A DNA stretch of 43,632 nt from Thermoanaerobaculia bacterium (GCA_028285365.1 JANQPS010001277.1:1-43632), one strand, 5' to 3'. Shown: positions 33,801 through 43,502, counted from the stretch's first letter. Numbers and translations are program-made. The notes: a model not told the origin generated them from the sequence alone.

Positions 33801-34895
33801 TTAGTCGCGCGCGCTCATCTCTAGAAGCGCCCGCTCCACCTCGTCGAGATCAGGGATCTCGTCACCGTCCAGAATGACCTCGATCCGCGAGTCCCGGCGA
33901 TAGGCCGACGGGCGCCCGTCTCGCATTTCTTTAGTGAGGTTGAAGCTCCACCAGCCGTCCTCGGTTCTCAAGACGGCCTTGGTTCGTCGCGCGTTGGGTA
34001 GGCGGGTCAGGTCCGCGAGGAGACGGACGGCCTTCTCGGACTCGAGCACGAGCTCTTTCGAGCACACCCAACCGATCGTCGAAGTCGACGGGGAGATGTG
34101 ACACCGCCTGATGATCACATTCGACGCATCGGGAGCCGGCTCTTGCGTGTCGGTTTCATCGCCTCCGGCATCTGCAGTGCCCGCGTCATGGACGTGAGGG
34201 TGGTGATGGTCTGTGCCGTGCCCGTAGCTTTCGGAGCGTCGGATGGGGGCGTCATCGACGACGGCGTCGAGCATCTCCAGCGTGATGCGTCCTTGCTCGA
34301 CACAGCCGACGTAGCTCTTCGCGGGAAAGATCGCGTTGGCCCACTCGAGGAAGTCTTCGATCTCCTCCTCGCTCGCGAGATCGACGCGATTGGCCAGCAG
34401 AATGTCGGCCGACTCGATCTGGTCTTCGACCTCCTCGCGAACCCGGTCCTGGGCGACCGTCGTGGCGTCGAGCAGGCAAATCGTCGACCGAACGTCGATG
34501 CGTTCCCGTATGTGCTTGCTGCCGAGCGTGTCGAGAATTCCCGAAAGCGCCGCCAGCCCGCTCGGTTCGATCAAGATACGGTCAGGCTGCTGATCGAGCA
34601 GAACTGCTAGGGAAATCTCGAAGAGGAGACCGGCGCTGCAGCAGATGCAGCCGCCGGCAACCTCGCGGACATCGATGCCGTCCGAGGATGCCGAGTCGGC
34701 AAGCAACGCAGCGTCCAGACCGACGAGTCCGTACTCGTTGACCAACACCGCCCAGCGCTCACCTCTTGGCCGGTTCTCTAGAAGGTGCGCGATGGCGGTC
34801 GTCTTGCCGACTCCCAGAGAACCGACAACGAGGTTGACCGGCACCTTCTTGCCGTCGCTGCTGTGGTGATCGACGCAATCAGCGCTGGTGGTCAT
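33801..34895 (-). CDS. COG0523/CobW-family GTPase metallochaperone #2 with a His-rich linker
   Basis: 364 aa. Walker A GSLGVGKTTAI, GGCICCSA (CxCC), IEPSGLA, His-rich ESYGHGTDHHHPHVHDAG, CobW_C-like tail. Confidence 0.85.
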   Translation of the reverse strand: MTTSADCVDHHSSDGKKVPVNLVVGSLGVGKTTAIAHLLENRPRGERWAVLVNEYGLVGLDAALLADSASSDGIDVREVAGGCICCSAGLLFEISLAVLLDQQPDRILIEPSGLAALSGILDTLGSKHIRERIDVRSTICLLDATTVAQDRVREEVEDQIESADILLANRVDLASEEEIEDFLEWANAIFPAKSYVGCVEQGRITLEMLDAVVDDAPIRRSESYGHGTDHHHPHVHDAGTADAGGDETDTQEPAPDASNVIIRRCHISPSTSTIGWVCSKELVLESEKAVRLLADLTRLPNARRTKAVLRTEDGWWSFNLTKEMRDGRPSAYRRDSRIEVILDGDEIPDLDEVERALLEMSARD

Positions 34896-34948
34896 GGGTC
34901 GGAACTCGTCGGAGGCCTGCGTCTTGCTGCTTGCTTCTTCCCGGAACG

Positions 34949-37456
34949 CTACTGCTGGCGAAGCGCCACGATGGGAGGCACCCCACTCGCCCGACGCGCG
35001 GGCAGATAAGACGCGAGCGCAGCAATTGTGCTCAGTACGACGACTGAGCCGAGCAAGAGCAACGGATTCCAGGACGCAAGGCCCGGCACGACGCGCTCGA
35101 GTGCCTGCGTGATCACGACCGCGCCTACGAGGCCGATGGCAATTCCGAGCGCGACCAGCCTCATGGAGGAGCCCATGGTCGCGCCCAGCACCGCGCGCCG
35201 GGACGCGCCGAGCGCGATCCGGATCCCGAGCTCCCGCGACCGCTCGGCGAGCGCAAAGGAGAGAACCCCGTAGATTCCGACCCCGGCGAGCGTCAGGGCA
35301 ATGGCTCCGAAGGCCACGAGGAGTACACCTGACAGTCGCTCCTGCCAGATTCGATCGGCCACCCGCTGTTCCATCGGCACGATATCGAAGATCGATTGCT
35401 CCGGATCTACGCGTTGGATGGCGCTGGCGACAGCCTCCTTGTAAGCCATGATCTCGGTCTCGCTAGTCGCGTTCGGCACACGGATCAGGTAGTAGCCGTC
35501 TCCCGCGAAGAGCTGCTCACTCGAGATGTAGACGTCCAGACCACCGGCGCTATGCACGGACTGATGGTGGACGTCAGCCGCCACACCCACGACCGTGATC
35601 CAGGGATTCTCGGACTCCTCCTCTCCCGAAAGAGTCACGCTATTGACGCGATCCCCGAGCTGGAACCGCTTGCCGAGCGCACTTTGCCTTGGCCAGAAGC
35701 GCTCCGCCAATCGGCGGCTGACGACGGCCTTGGGCGGCTGGCGCGCGTCGTCGAACACTGTGAAAGCCTCCCCCTGTAGTAGAGGCACCCGGAAGACCTC
35801 GAAGTAGTTGGGGCTCGTGATCTGGAGATTCACGAACGGGTTGCGCTCGATCTCCTCCGCCGATTGACCAAAAACACGAATCGACTCGGTAGGAGCCTGG
35901 TGGGCCGCAAGCGGTGGATTTGTGTTCATGGCCGCGGCCTCGACGCCCGGCAGACGTCCGAGCTCCTCGACCGCCCTTCGATGGAAGGGTGCGGTCTGTT
36001 CGCGAGTTCCGTAGTTCGTCCACGGAGGATCGGCGCGGAAGGTCAGCACGTTCGAAGGCTCGAATCCGAGGTCGGTGGCGCGCAGCTGCCACAACTTCTG
36101 CAGCGTGACGCCGGCCGCTACCAGGAGCATGAGGGCAAGTGCCGTCTCAGCCACGACCAGTGCTCCTCGCGTTCGCCCGGAACCGATACCGGACGAACCC
36201 TTGGCACCGTCCTGAAGCCAGCGAATCAAGCTCTCGCTTGTCGACTGGAGCGCGGGAGCGAGCCCCGAGCCGAGCCCTGCGAGAAGCGCCACCAGGAACG
36301 TGAAGACAAAGACGTTTCGATCGAGCTCGACCGTCATCCAGAGAGGCAGCTCCAGACGCACGACGGAGACGAGAAAGCGCAGCGACCCCCACGCCATCAA
36401 GAGACCGAGAGCGGCACCTAGAAAGCTCAAGCACAGACTCTCGAAAAGGTGCTGGGCCACGACCCGCGAGCGGGACGCACCGAGGGCGAGCTGAAGTGCG
36501 GTCTCACGGCTTCTGCCGGTCGCGCGGGTCAACAGGAGATTCACGACGTTCGTACATGCAATCAGCAGAACGAGTGCGACCGCACCCAGCAGGAAGAGAA
36601 GGTAGGCCCGCGATCCACCCACAAACGTGTCTCGAAGAGGTTTGAGCGCAAAATCCACTCCCCGGTTCGACTCGGGGAATGACTGCGCCATGCGCTCTGC
36701 GATTGCAGCAATCTGCTCCTGTGCCTGCTCGGGGGTAGCGCCGTCCGCCAGTCGCGCCACGACCATCCCCCGGCGCTGGTCGAGCCCCTGCTCGGCCCCC
36801 CAGAGGGTTATGGCCCGAAACAGCCCCACTTCTGCAGGGAAGTGGAAGCCACGAGGCGTCACTCCATTGATCCGATAGACCGCGGCATCGAGCGTGATCG
36901 TCTTGCCGACGATGTCGGGATCCGCTCCGAGTCGTGTCCAGAGCGCATGGCTCAGGATCACGTCGTAGTCGATGCCCTTCTCGACCCCTGCCTGCCACGG
37001 CTCGCCGTAGAGCAGATCGACCCCCAGAACCGAGAACAGACTCTCCGTGTTGATGGTGCTGAGCACCGCTTCGGGCTCGCCGGCGCCCGTCATGTTGTAC
37101 TGGCTGGGATAGTAGACAGCGACATCCTCGAACAGATCCGCCTCGCGCTCGAGTGCTGCGACCTCGCGCGCGGTCAAGCGACCGGGCTCCTCGCCCACCA
37201 AAGCCTGCACGTTCACGAGTCGATCCGGTCGCTCGAACGGCATCGGGCGCAGCAGCAGCGCGTTCACGAAGCTGAAGACGGCCGAGTTGGCACCGATCCC
37301 GAGAGCGAGCGTTATCACGACGACGGCAGTGAAGCCGGGATGTCGCGTCAACGAACGAAGGGTTCCCTTGAGCATGAGCCGAGACGTACCGTTGCCAATC
37401 ATGCGTTCCTCCTGCATCGGCTCGCACCGCGGTGCAGGCCGTGAACTCGATCGCAA
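34949..37456 (-). CDS. ADOP-family duplicated MacB/FtsX-like permease (orphan, no cognate MacB ATPase adjacent) #1
   Basis: 835 aa; the true start may be ATG 37402 (MIGNG..). LRSLTRHPGFTAVVVITLALGIGANSAVFS opening, two MacB periplasmic-domain + FtsX 4-TM modules (ETALQLALGASRSRVV.. and ELGIRIALGASRRAVL..). Confidence 0.88.
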   Translation of the reverse strand: MRSSSRPAPRCEPMQEERMIGNGTSRLMLKGTLRSLTRHPGFTAVVVITLALGIGANSAVFSFVNALLLRPMPFERPDRLVNVQALVGEEPGRLTAREVAALEREADLFEDVAVYYPSQYNMTGAGEPEAVLSTINTESLFSVLGVDLLYGEPWQAGVEKGIDYDVILSHALWTRLGADPDIVGKTITLDAAVYRINGVTPRGFHFPAEVGLFRAITLWGAEQGLDQRRGMVVARLADGATPEQAQEQIAAIAERMAQSFPESNRGVDFALKPLRDTFVGGSRAYLLFLLGAVALVLLIACTNVVNLLLTRATGRSRETALQLALGASRSRVVAQHLFESLCLSFLGAALGLLMAWGSLRFLVSVVRLELPLWMTVELDRNVFVFTFLVALLAGLGSGLAPALQSTSESLIRWLQDGAKGSSGIGSGRTRGALVVAETALALMLLVAAGVTLQKLWQLRATDLGFEPSNVLTFRADPPWTNYGTREQTAPFHRRAVEELGRLPGVEAAAMNTNPPLAAHQAPTESIRVFGQSAEEIERNPFVNLQITSPNYFEVFRVPLLQGEAFTVFDDARQPPKAVVSRRLAERFWPRQSALGKRFQLGDRVNSVTLSGEEESENPWITVVGVAADVHHQSVHSAGGLDVYISSEQLFAGDGYYLIRVPNATSETEIMAYKEAVASAIQRVDPEQSIFDIVPMEQRVADRIWQERLSGVLLVAFGAIALTLAGVGIYGVLSFALAERSRELGIRIALGASRRAVLGATMGSSMRLVALGIAIGLVGAVVITQALERVVPGLASWNPLLLLGSVVVLSTIAALASYLPARRASGVPPIVALRQQ

Positions 37457-37487
37457 AGGCGACCTCGCTCTGGGTAGCGGTGACTTC

Positions 37488-38510
37488 TCATCGTCCGGTC
37501 TGACGCTCGAGCTCGTGCGTCAGATCCTCGAGTGTCGAATGGGCCGACTCGGTATTCGAACAGCGAAGGCGCCACGACGGCCCCTCGTCGACCTCGATCG
37601 TGGCAAACGCATCGGTGACTCCATCTCCGTCTCGGTGGACCTGAAAACCGAGTCGCTCGAGCGCATGTTGCGTCCAGATCGCAGCAACGCCGCTGCCGAC
37701 GACGCTGACCCGCTCACCCTCCGGAAGGTGTAGCTCGAAACGCCCCGACGCAGGGTCGTAGTCGAGGCCTTCGTGCCGGAAGACTTCGGCTAGGGTGCCG
37801 GTCAGGACGAGATCCTCGGGACAACCTTGATGCACCTGCCCCTGACGATCGATCATCCACAGCCGGTCTGCCGTGCGCAGAGCCAGGTCTAGGTCATGGG
37901 TCGTCAGCAGAAGTGCCTTGCCGCTCGCGTGCGCCAAACTCTTCAGGAGCTGCATGATCTCGACACGTCGCGCCAAATCGAGAAACGCCGTGACCTCGTC
38001 GAGAACCAGCACTGACGGCTCCTGGGCAAGCGCTCGAGCGACCAGAACTCGCTGTTTCTCACCATCACTGAGCTCGGACACCTTGCGGCCGGCAAAGTCG
38101 CGAGTATCCGTCTCGCTCAAGGCCTTCACCACGGCAGCTTCGTCGTCGTCCGCGAGCCGGCCCGACCAGCGAGTGTGAGGCGCCCGTCCCAGCGAAACGA
38201 GGTCCCACACGGTCAGCCCCCAGGTGTCGACCCGCTCGGTCAGCACCACCCCGAGCAATCGGGCTCGTTCACGGGCAGAGATCTCGGCGAGGTCTTTGCC
38301 ACCCAGAAGCACACGACCCGCGAGCGGCTCCTGCAGCCCGCACACCGTGCGCAGCAGCGTCGACTTCCCGGCACCGTTGGGGCCAAGCAAGACCGTGAAC
38401 TGACCTTCGCCCACGCTGAGAGTCAGGTCCGAGGCAATCTGCTTCTCTTGTCGTCGAGGCAGTCGATAGCCGATCGTCAAGCCATCGATCTCGATGGCGG
38501 CCGCGCTCAT
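37488..38510 (-). CDS. ABC ATP-binding protein of the FecE/BtuD (type II importer) class with a ~85-aa C-terminal extension
   Basis: 340 aa. GPNGAGKSTLL, LSDGEKQRVLVARAL, LVLDEVTAFLD, TTHD. The extra C-terminal domain starts after ~aa 255 (GRFELHLPEGERVSVVGSG...). Confidence 0.88.
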   Translation of the reverse strand: MSAAAIEIDGLTIGYRLPRRQEKQIASDLTLSVGEGQFTVLLGPNGAGKSTLLRTVCGLQEPLAGRVLLGGKDLAEISARERARLLGVVLTERVDTWGLTVWDLVSLGRAPHTRWSGRLADDDEAAVVKALSETDTRDFAGRKVSELSDGEKQRVLVARALAQEPSVLVLDEVTAFLDLARRVEIMQLLKSLAHASGKALLLTTHDLDLALRTADRLWMIDRQGQVHQGCPEDLVLTGTLAEVFRHEGLDYDPASGRFELHLPEGERVSVVGSGVAAIWTQHALERLGFQVHRDGDGVTDAFATIEVDEGPSWRLRCSNTESAHSTLEDLTHELERQTGR

Positions 38511-39634
38511 GACGAGGACTCCCGAGAGCCGTAGCCCCGAAGGAGAAGCAGAACCACGGTCGGACCACCCACTAGACCGAGCATCGCGTTGAGGTGGAGA
38601 AAGTGCCGACTCCAGGGTAGATGAACGATGAGATCTGCCAGCGCAGCCAGAGCGGCACCAAGCAACGCACTTGCCGGCAAGAGAACCCGATGATCGGCAC
38701 TGCGGAAGAAGATGCGCGCGAGGTGGGGGGCCAAGATGCCGAGAAAAGCCACCGGGCCGCAGAATGCCGTGACCGCGCCAGCCAGCACAGCAGCAACAGC
38801 GACAATGACCCGCCGAGTGCGCTCGACGGCCAGTCCCAGGGTGCGCGCGTAGTTCTCGCCCAACAGGAGGACGTTGAGTGACTTGGTGAGCATCACGCTA
38901 CAGGCGAAGGCCAACGCCACGATCGACACCAGCACGCCCCACTGTGAGAACCCGACGTGCACGAACGTGCCATCACTCCACTGAGTGAATGCCCGCGACT
39001 GGGCCTCTGAGGTGAAATGCATGACCACGCTGACGAGACCGTTCGCCGCTTGCCCCAACATCAGTCCGCTCAGCAGAAGCGTGACGGCACCGACCCGCGG
39101 TGCCAAGGCCAGAAGCACCGAGGTCATCGCGAGGGCGCCCAATCCGGCCGCAATGGCCAAGCCCAGATTCGACAGGAGTCCCAGGCTGGCGAGCACCGTT
39201 CCACCAAAAGACCCGGAGACCACGACGAACAGAGCAACACCGAGACGAGCGCTGTACACCAAGCCAAAAAACCAGGGGTCGGCGAGCGGGTTGCGGAACG
39301 TCGTCTGGAGCAGCAGCCCGCAGACCCCGAGCGAGGCTCCCGCAGTCAAGGCAGTCAGGGCTCGCGGAAGACGAAAATCGAGCACGATGCGGTGCCATCG
39401 ATCGACAGCCCCGTCGAGCCCCACCAGAATCGAGAAGACATCGCGCAACGGGATCAAGACGACACCCACGGCGAGCTCCAGCAGAAAAACGAGCGCAACC
39501 GAGCCCACCATGAGCCCCCAAGGTAGGGCTCCGACTCCGCCCGGCTTCAGGGACTCCGGCGCCAGGGTCGTTGGGGACGGACTCCTCTCGCTCAGAACAC
39601 TCTCACTCACGATTCGGCACTCACGATTTGGCAC
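38507..39634 (-). CDS. FecCD/BtuC-family ABC permease
   Basis: 375 aa from GTG 39634; alternative starts are GTG 39610 or ATG 39511. 4-nt overlap with the ATPase gene. FecCD-like GPVAFLGILAPHLARIF and multiple TM helices. The first ~10 codons are encoded by the 14-bp repeat array. Confidence 0.85.
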   Translation of the reverse strand: MPNRECRIVSESVLSERSPSPTTLAPESLKPGGVGALPWGLMVGSVALVFLLELAVGVVLIPLRDVFSILVGLDGAVDRWHRIVLDFRLPRALTALTAGASLGVCGLLLQTTFRNPLADPWFFGLVYSARLGVALFVVVSGSFGGTVLASLGLLSNLGLAIAAGLGALAMTSVLLALAPRVGAVTLLLSGLMLGQAANGLVSVVMHFTSEAQSRAFTQWSDGTFVHVGFSQWGVLVSIVALAFACSVMLTKSLNVLLLGENYARTLGLAVERTRRVIVAVAAVLAGAVTAFCGPVAFLGILAPHLARIFFRSADHRVLLPASALLGAALAALADLIVHLPWSRHFLHLNAMLGLVGGPTVVLLLLRGYGSRESSS

Positions 39635-39689
39635 TCACGATTTGGCACTCATGTTTCGGCACTCTGCTTTTGGCGCTCAGGGATCGGGC
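39605..39689. repeat. 14-bp tandem repeat array (~6 units; minus-strand consensus GCCAAATCGTGAGT) filling the junction between the binding-protein and permease genes
   Basis: Plus-strand units ACTCACGATTCGGC (39605-39618), ACTCACGATTTGGC (39619-39632, 39633-39646), ACTCATGTTTCGGC (39647-39660), ACTCTGCTTTTGGC (39661-39674), GCTCAGGGATCGGGC (39675-39689). Contains the upstream gene's stop (39677-39679) and the candidate GTG starts 39634 and 39610. Confidence 0.93.
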
Positions 39690-40987
39690 ACTCGAGAGTC
39701 TGCTCCTTCTCGCGACTCTCTCTTCGCGAGGCTCTCCAACTGGTGGTAGAAGCGCAGCTCCCGGTCGCCGTGTGATTCTGGGTGGAGAATGGCCATCAGG
39801 TCCAGGAGCTCGAGGTGGGGCTCGACCAGCGCGTAGTCCCACCACGGATTGACTCCATCGGGATAGCCAGCGTTGCCAACGAACACTCTTTGCGAACTCA
39901 CCGCTGGTATGAATCCGTAGCGTGGGTTGTCGATCGTCTGTTCTTCGAGCCTGGTGCCGAACGAGAACGTGAAATCGGGGCCGATCAGCCAGACGTCGGC
40001 CTTGCGAGCGCCCTCGAGGGCGGCTTCGAAAGGCACCGTGACACTGCCTTCGCCGCTCGGGTTGTCCGACCACAGATACTCGCCGCCCGCATCCGCGATC
40101 ATCTGAGCTCCGAGGTTGCGACCGCCGTGAAGGCTCCAGCCGTCCTTCTCGGGACCTCCTACCAACACCTTGGGTCTGGTCTCGACGTCGGCAATCAAGG
40201 CACGGGCCTCTTCGTAGGCCTGCTCGATCTCTTCGAATACCTGCTCCGCCGCACGTTCCTTGTTGAAGAAGAGTGCGAAGAGCTTCAGCCACTCGGCTCG
40301 GGCGAGCGCGGTCGGCTCGAGGTGCTCGGCCATGGGAATCCCAGGAATACCGAGACGCCGGTCGGTGGACGACCTGCTCAAACCCGCAGGGAAGTACCAC
40401 CCGAAATGCGCCTCGGTACCTCTCTCGGCAATGGCTTCGAGATTGAAGTTCCTCTTGAGCTTGCCCGTCTCGAAGAGCTCGAGGATGGCAGGAACACTCG
40501 CGTGGGTGTGGTTCCCGAAACCAACGAGGCGATCGACCACTCCCAACATCTCGGCTGCGCGGCCGTAGCGAAAGGTACCCAAGCTGAAACGCGTTACGGG
40601 AACCTGCACGACCAGCGCGTCCCGCCGCACTTCGGGAACGGGCGTGCCCCGCTGCACGAGAACAAACTCGAACTCTTCGCCCATGCCCTCCGTTTCGACC
40701 CGTGCCAGCTTGTAGTGACCGTGATACTCGATCTCGATCTGAGACGAGTGTCGAATGGTGACCTTGTCCGGAAAGTAGTCGACGTCCGGGTCGTAGTCGG
40801 CAACTGCAGCGTCTTCGAGATTGCTCGTCGGCACACCTATGGCCGTCGGCAACTGGTCAGCCGGCTCGGCAACCTGACGCTCGCAGCCGAGTGCGCAAAA
40901 CCCAGCCACGAGCACCAGCAGCGAGACGATACCTGGGCGCCACTGCACCGAGGCCCGACCACCGATCAATGAAGCCAGCTCATTCAT
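39677..40987 (-). CDS. Periplasmic substrate-binding lipoprotein, FecB/BtuF-type (PF01497-like), enlarged
   Basis: 436 aa. Lipobox VAGFCALGCERQ. VQVPVTRFSLGTFRYGRAAEMLGVVDRLVGFG and ADVWLIGPDF segments are typical of class III siderophore/metallophore binding proteins. Operon partner of the FecCD permease and FecE-like ATPase. Confidence 0.75.
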   Translation of the reverse strand: MNELASLIGGRASVQWRPGIVSLLVLVAGFCALGCERQVAEPADQLPTAIGVPTSNLEDAAVADYDPDVDYFPDKVTIRHSSQIEIEYHGHYKLARVETEGMGEEFEFVLVQRGTPVPEVRRDALVVQVPVTRFSLGTFRYGRAAEMLGVVDRLVGFGNHTHASVPAILELFETGKLKRNFNLEAIAERGTEAHFGWYFPAGLSRSSTDRRLGIPGIPMAEHLEPTALARAEWLKLFALFFNKERAAEQVFEEIEQAYEEARALIADVETRPKVLVGGPEKDGWSLHGGRNLGAQMIADAGGEYLWSDNPSGEGSVTVPFEAALEGARKADVWLIGPDFTFSFGTRLEEQTIDNPRYGFIPAVSSQRVFVGNAGYPDGVNPWWDYALVEPHLELLDLMAILHPESHGDRELRFYHQLESLAKRESREGADSRVPDP

Positions 40988-41030
40988 GAGTCACGATCCC
41001 TATCGACAAGTTGCAGTTCCTCGATCGAGC

Positions 41031-43502
41031 TCAGCGCAACGACAGCGCAGGTTTCGAGCGCGCAGCACGTCGCGACGGATACCAGCCCGCGACCAGGCTG
41101 CTCAAAGCGAGTGTCGTAGCCACCAGCGCGAACGTCAGACCGTCGCGCGCCGCACCGGGAGCGAGGACGCTCTGGGTGACCGGCGTGAGCAGCAGCGCAC
41201 CCCCCAACCCGAGACTGATCCCGACGGCGAGCAGCCTCGCCACCTCGCTCTGCACCAGTCGAACGATGTCCCAAGGCCGCGCTCCGAGCGCTACGCGCAC
41301 GCCGAAGGCTCGCTGGCGCTGCTGCACCGAGGTTGCGGTGACGCCGTAGACGCCCAACATGGCGAGGAGCCAGGCCGAGCCGCCAAAAACTCCGCAGATC
41401 AGCGTCCACAGGCGCTCCTGCCAACGAGCGTTGCCGAGCATCATGGTGAGCTCCCGAACCCAGTAGACGGCCACGTCCGAGTCCACAGCGCCAACCGTTC
41501 GGCTCACCAGGTCGGCCATGGTCGCGGCCTCGGTCGAGCGGGTACGCACCAGATAGTGCATCGAGCCGGCCACGGCCTGTGTGAACGGCCGGTAGAGCAC
41601 CAGGGGCGCTTCGCGGCCGGCACCGTGATAGCGCACGTCGTCGACGACCCCGACGACCGTATGCCAGGGGCCGGTCTCCGAAGCGGGGCCGATGCGGACA
41701 CGTTGACCGATCGGATTGCGCTCGGGCCAGTAGTGGCGCGCCATGCTGCGACTCACCACGGCGACTCGCGGTCGTTGCAGCGTTTCGTCTTCACGGAATG
41801 CCCGTCCCTCCAGGAGTGGGACTCCAGCTACATCGAACGCGTCTCCGCTGACCCGGACGAGCAACACCGACGGGCTGTTGCGCTGGCTCTCGAGCGTCTC
41901 TCCCTCGAGTGTCACCACGACGCCACTGTCCGGCATGTTCTCGCCGTCGAACGGGAGGACATTCATGCCACCCGCGGCCTCTACCTCCGGCAAGGAGCGC
42001 AGTCGTTCAAGGGTCTCGAGATAGAGGTCGGCATAGGCAGGCAGATGCTCTCCAGCGCGAAACTTGTCGCCCGGCGGCGAAACGTAGGCGGCGAGCAGCC
42101 GGGTCGGTTGCACCCCTATCGGCGTCGTCTGGAGCTGCAGCAGGCTGCGCAGTAGCCCCAGCCCGAACGTCAGCAGAACGAAGGCGAGAGCCACTTGCCC
42201 GGTGACTACCCATCGACGAGCCTTGTCCGTATGCGACATAGCCGAGCGACCTTCGGCGCGCAGCGCGTCACCGACGCCAACTCGTGAGGCGGCCCACGCC
42301 GGCAACAGGCCGAAGAGGAGACCGGTGACGACACCGAGAAGAACAGCGATGCCAGCCACCTGCCAGTCGACCGCAAAGACCATCCAGACGGGTCGGGTCA
42401 CCGGCACTGCCGCGTCGATGGCTCGCACGGCTTGCGCCGCAACCACGACACCGAGCGTCGCACCACCGAGCCCGAGCAGCACACCCTCAAGCAACCACTG
42501 GCGCACCAGGTCGCGTCTCGAGGCGCCCAGCGCGAGGCGCGTCGCGAGCTCAGCCCGACGAGCACCGGCGCGTACGAGCATCAGCCCCGCCACGGTCGCG
42601 CACGCCATCGCAAGGAGCAGCGCCACAGCAGCTGCCGCCTGCGTCAAGTACGGTTTGAGCGGACCTGCCTGGCTCTCGCGCAGATCAGACAGTGAGAAGC
42701 TCACGTCACGATTGGTCGTCGGATACGTTTGCGCCAGCTCACGCCCGACCCGACTCAGCTCGTCGGCTGCCTCGTCCATCGACACGCCCGCCGCGAGCCG
42801 TCCGAGCACGTTGTAGTACGCGCGGGCGCCGCGCGGTTGCTCGCCCATCGTCGTTCCGTAGCGGGCGAGCCAGCTCTCGAGCGGCGCCCACGCGTCGGCA
42901 TTGGCCGCAAATCTGTAGCCGAAGCGGAAACCAGGAGGCATGACGCCAATGACCTCGTATTGGGTCGTGTCGAGCAGGATGCGACGACCGACAACGTCAG
43001 CCTCCCCTCCAAAGCGCCGCTGCCAGAGGTCGTAGCTGATGACCACGGTGTGCAAGTCCGCGCCTGGCTTTTCCTCGAGATGGACAAACGAGCGTCCCCG
43101 CACTGGCTGCACGCCGAGCATCGACAGCAACGACGCGGAAGCGAAGTTCACTTCGATCGGTAGCGCAGGCTCGGTACCACCTCCTGGCAGGTTGTAGGGC
43201 AACGTGACGAAAGACGCGAGATCGGAGAAGCTCCGCGTGCGCTCGCGCAGATCGAGGTAGTCGCCGATCGACGGCGCAACCGACGTCGTACCGCGCGCCG
43301 GGTCGCGCGCGGTGATCAGGACCAGCCTGTCCGCCTCGCGGTAACCGTCGTCGCGGATCAAGACGCCGGCTGCGACGCTGGCCACGATCGTGGCGCCAGC
43401 GACACCCAGCGCCACGGCGAGCGAGGCCGAGATTGCGTAGGTTGGTTCGCGTCGCAGCGCACGGAGGACAGAAACGAGGTCGAGTCTCCAGATCTTGATC
43501 AC
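41031..43502 (-). CDS. ADOP-family duplicated MacB/FtsX-like permease #2
   Basis: 823 aa from GTG 43502. LRALRREPTYAISASLAVALGVAGATIV opening. Duplicated FtsX modules (ELATRLALGASRRDLV.. and AFGVRVALGARPWDIV..). Confidence 0.88.
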   Translation of the reverse strand: MIKIWRLDLVSVLRALRREPTYAISASLAVALGVAGATIVASVAAGVLIRDDGYREADRLVLITARDPARGTTSVAPSIGDYLDLRERTRSFSDLASFVTLPYNLPGGGTEPALPIEVNFASASLLSMLGVQPVRGRSFVHLEEKPGADLHTVVISYDLWQRRFGGEADVVGRRILLDTTQYEVIGVMPPGFRFGYRFAANADAWAPLESWLARYGTTMGEQPRGARAYYNVLGRLAAGVSMDEAADELSRVGRELAQTYPTTNRDVSFSLSDLRESQAGPLKPYLTQAAAAVALLLAMACATVAGLMLVRAGARRAELATRLALGASRRDLVRQWLLEGVLLGLGGATLGVVVAAQAVRAIDAAVPVTRPVWMVFAVDWQVAGIAVLLGVVTGLLFGLLPAWAASRVGVGDALRAEGRSAMSHTDKARRWVVTGQVALAFVLLTFGLGLLRSLLQLQTTPIGVQPTRLLAAYVSPPGDKFRAGEHLPAYADLYLETLERLRSLPEVEAAGGMNVLPFDGENMPDSGVVVTLEGETLESQRNSPSVLLVRVSGDAFDVAGVPLLEGRAFREDETLQRPRVAVVSRSMARHYWPERNPIGQRVRIGPASETGPWHTVVGVVDDVRYHGAGREAPLVLYRPFTQAVAGSMHYLVRTRSTEAATMADLVSRTVGAVDSDVAVYWVRELTMMLGNARWQERLWTLICGVFGGSAWLLAMLGVYGVTATSVQQRQRAFGVRVALGARPWDIVRLVQSEVARLLAVGISLGLGGALLLTPVTQSVLAPGAARDGLTFALVATTLALSSLVAGWYPSRRAARSKPALSLR

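Noticed and set aside
39782-42155. Long plus-strand ORFs 39782-40972 and 40986-42155. Similar antisense or out-of-frame ORFs were also seen at 36504-37427 (-), 22329-23480 (+), 27210-28019 (-), 35864-36421 (+) and 38985-39749 (+).
   Set aside because: All lie opposite or out of frame to CDSs with strong domain evidence. All have Arg/Gly/Pro-heavy, non-protein-like composition. These are typical high-GC artefacts.
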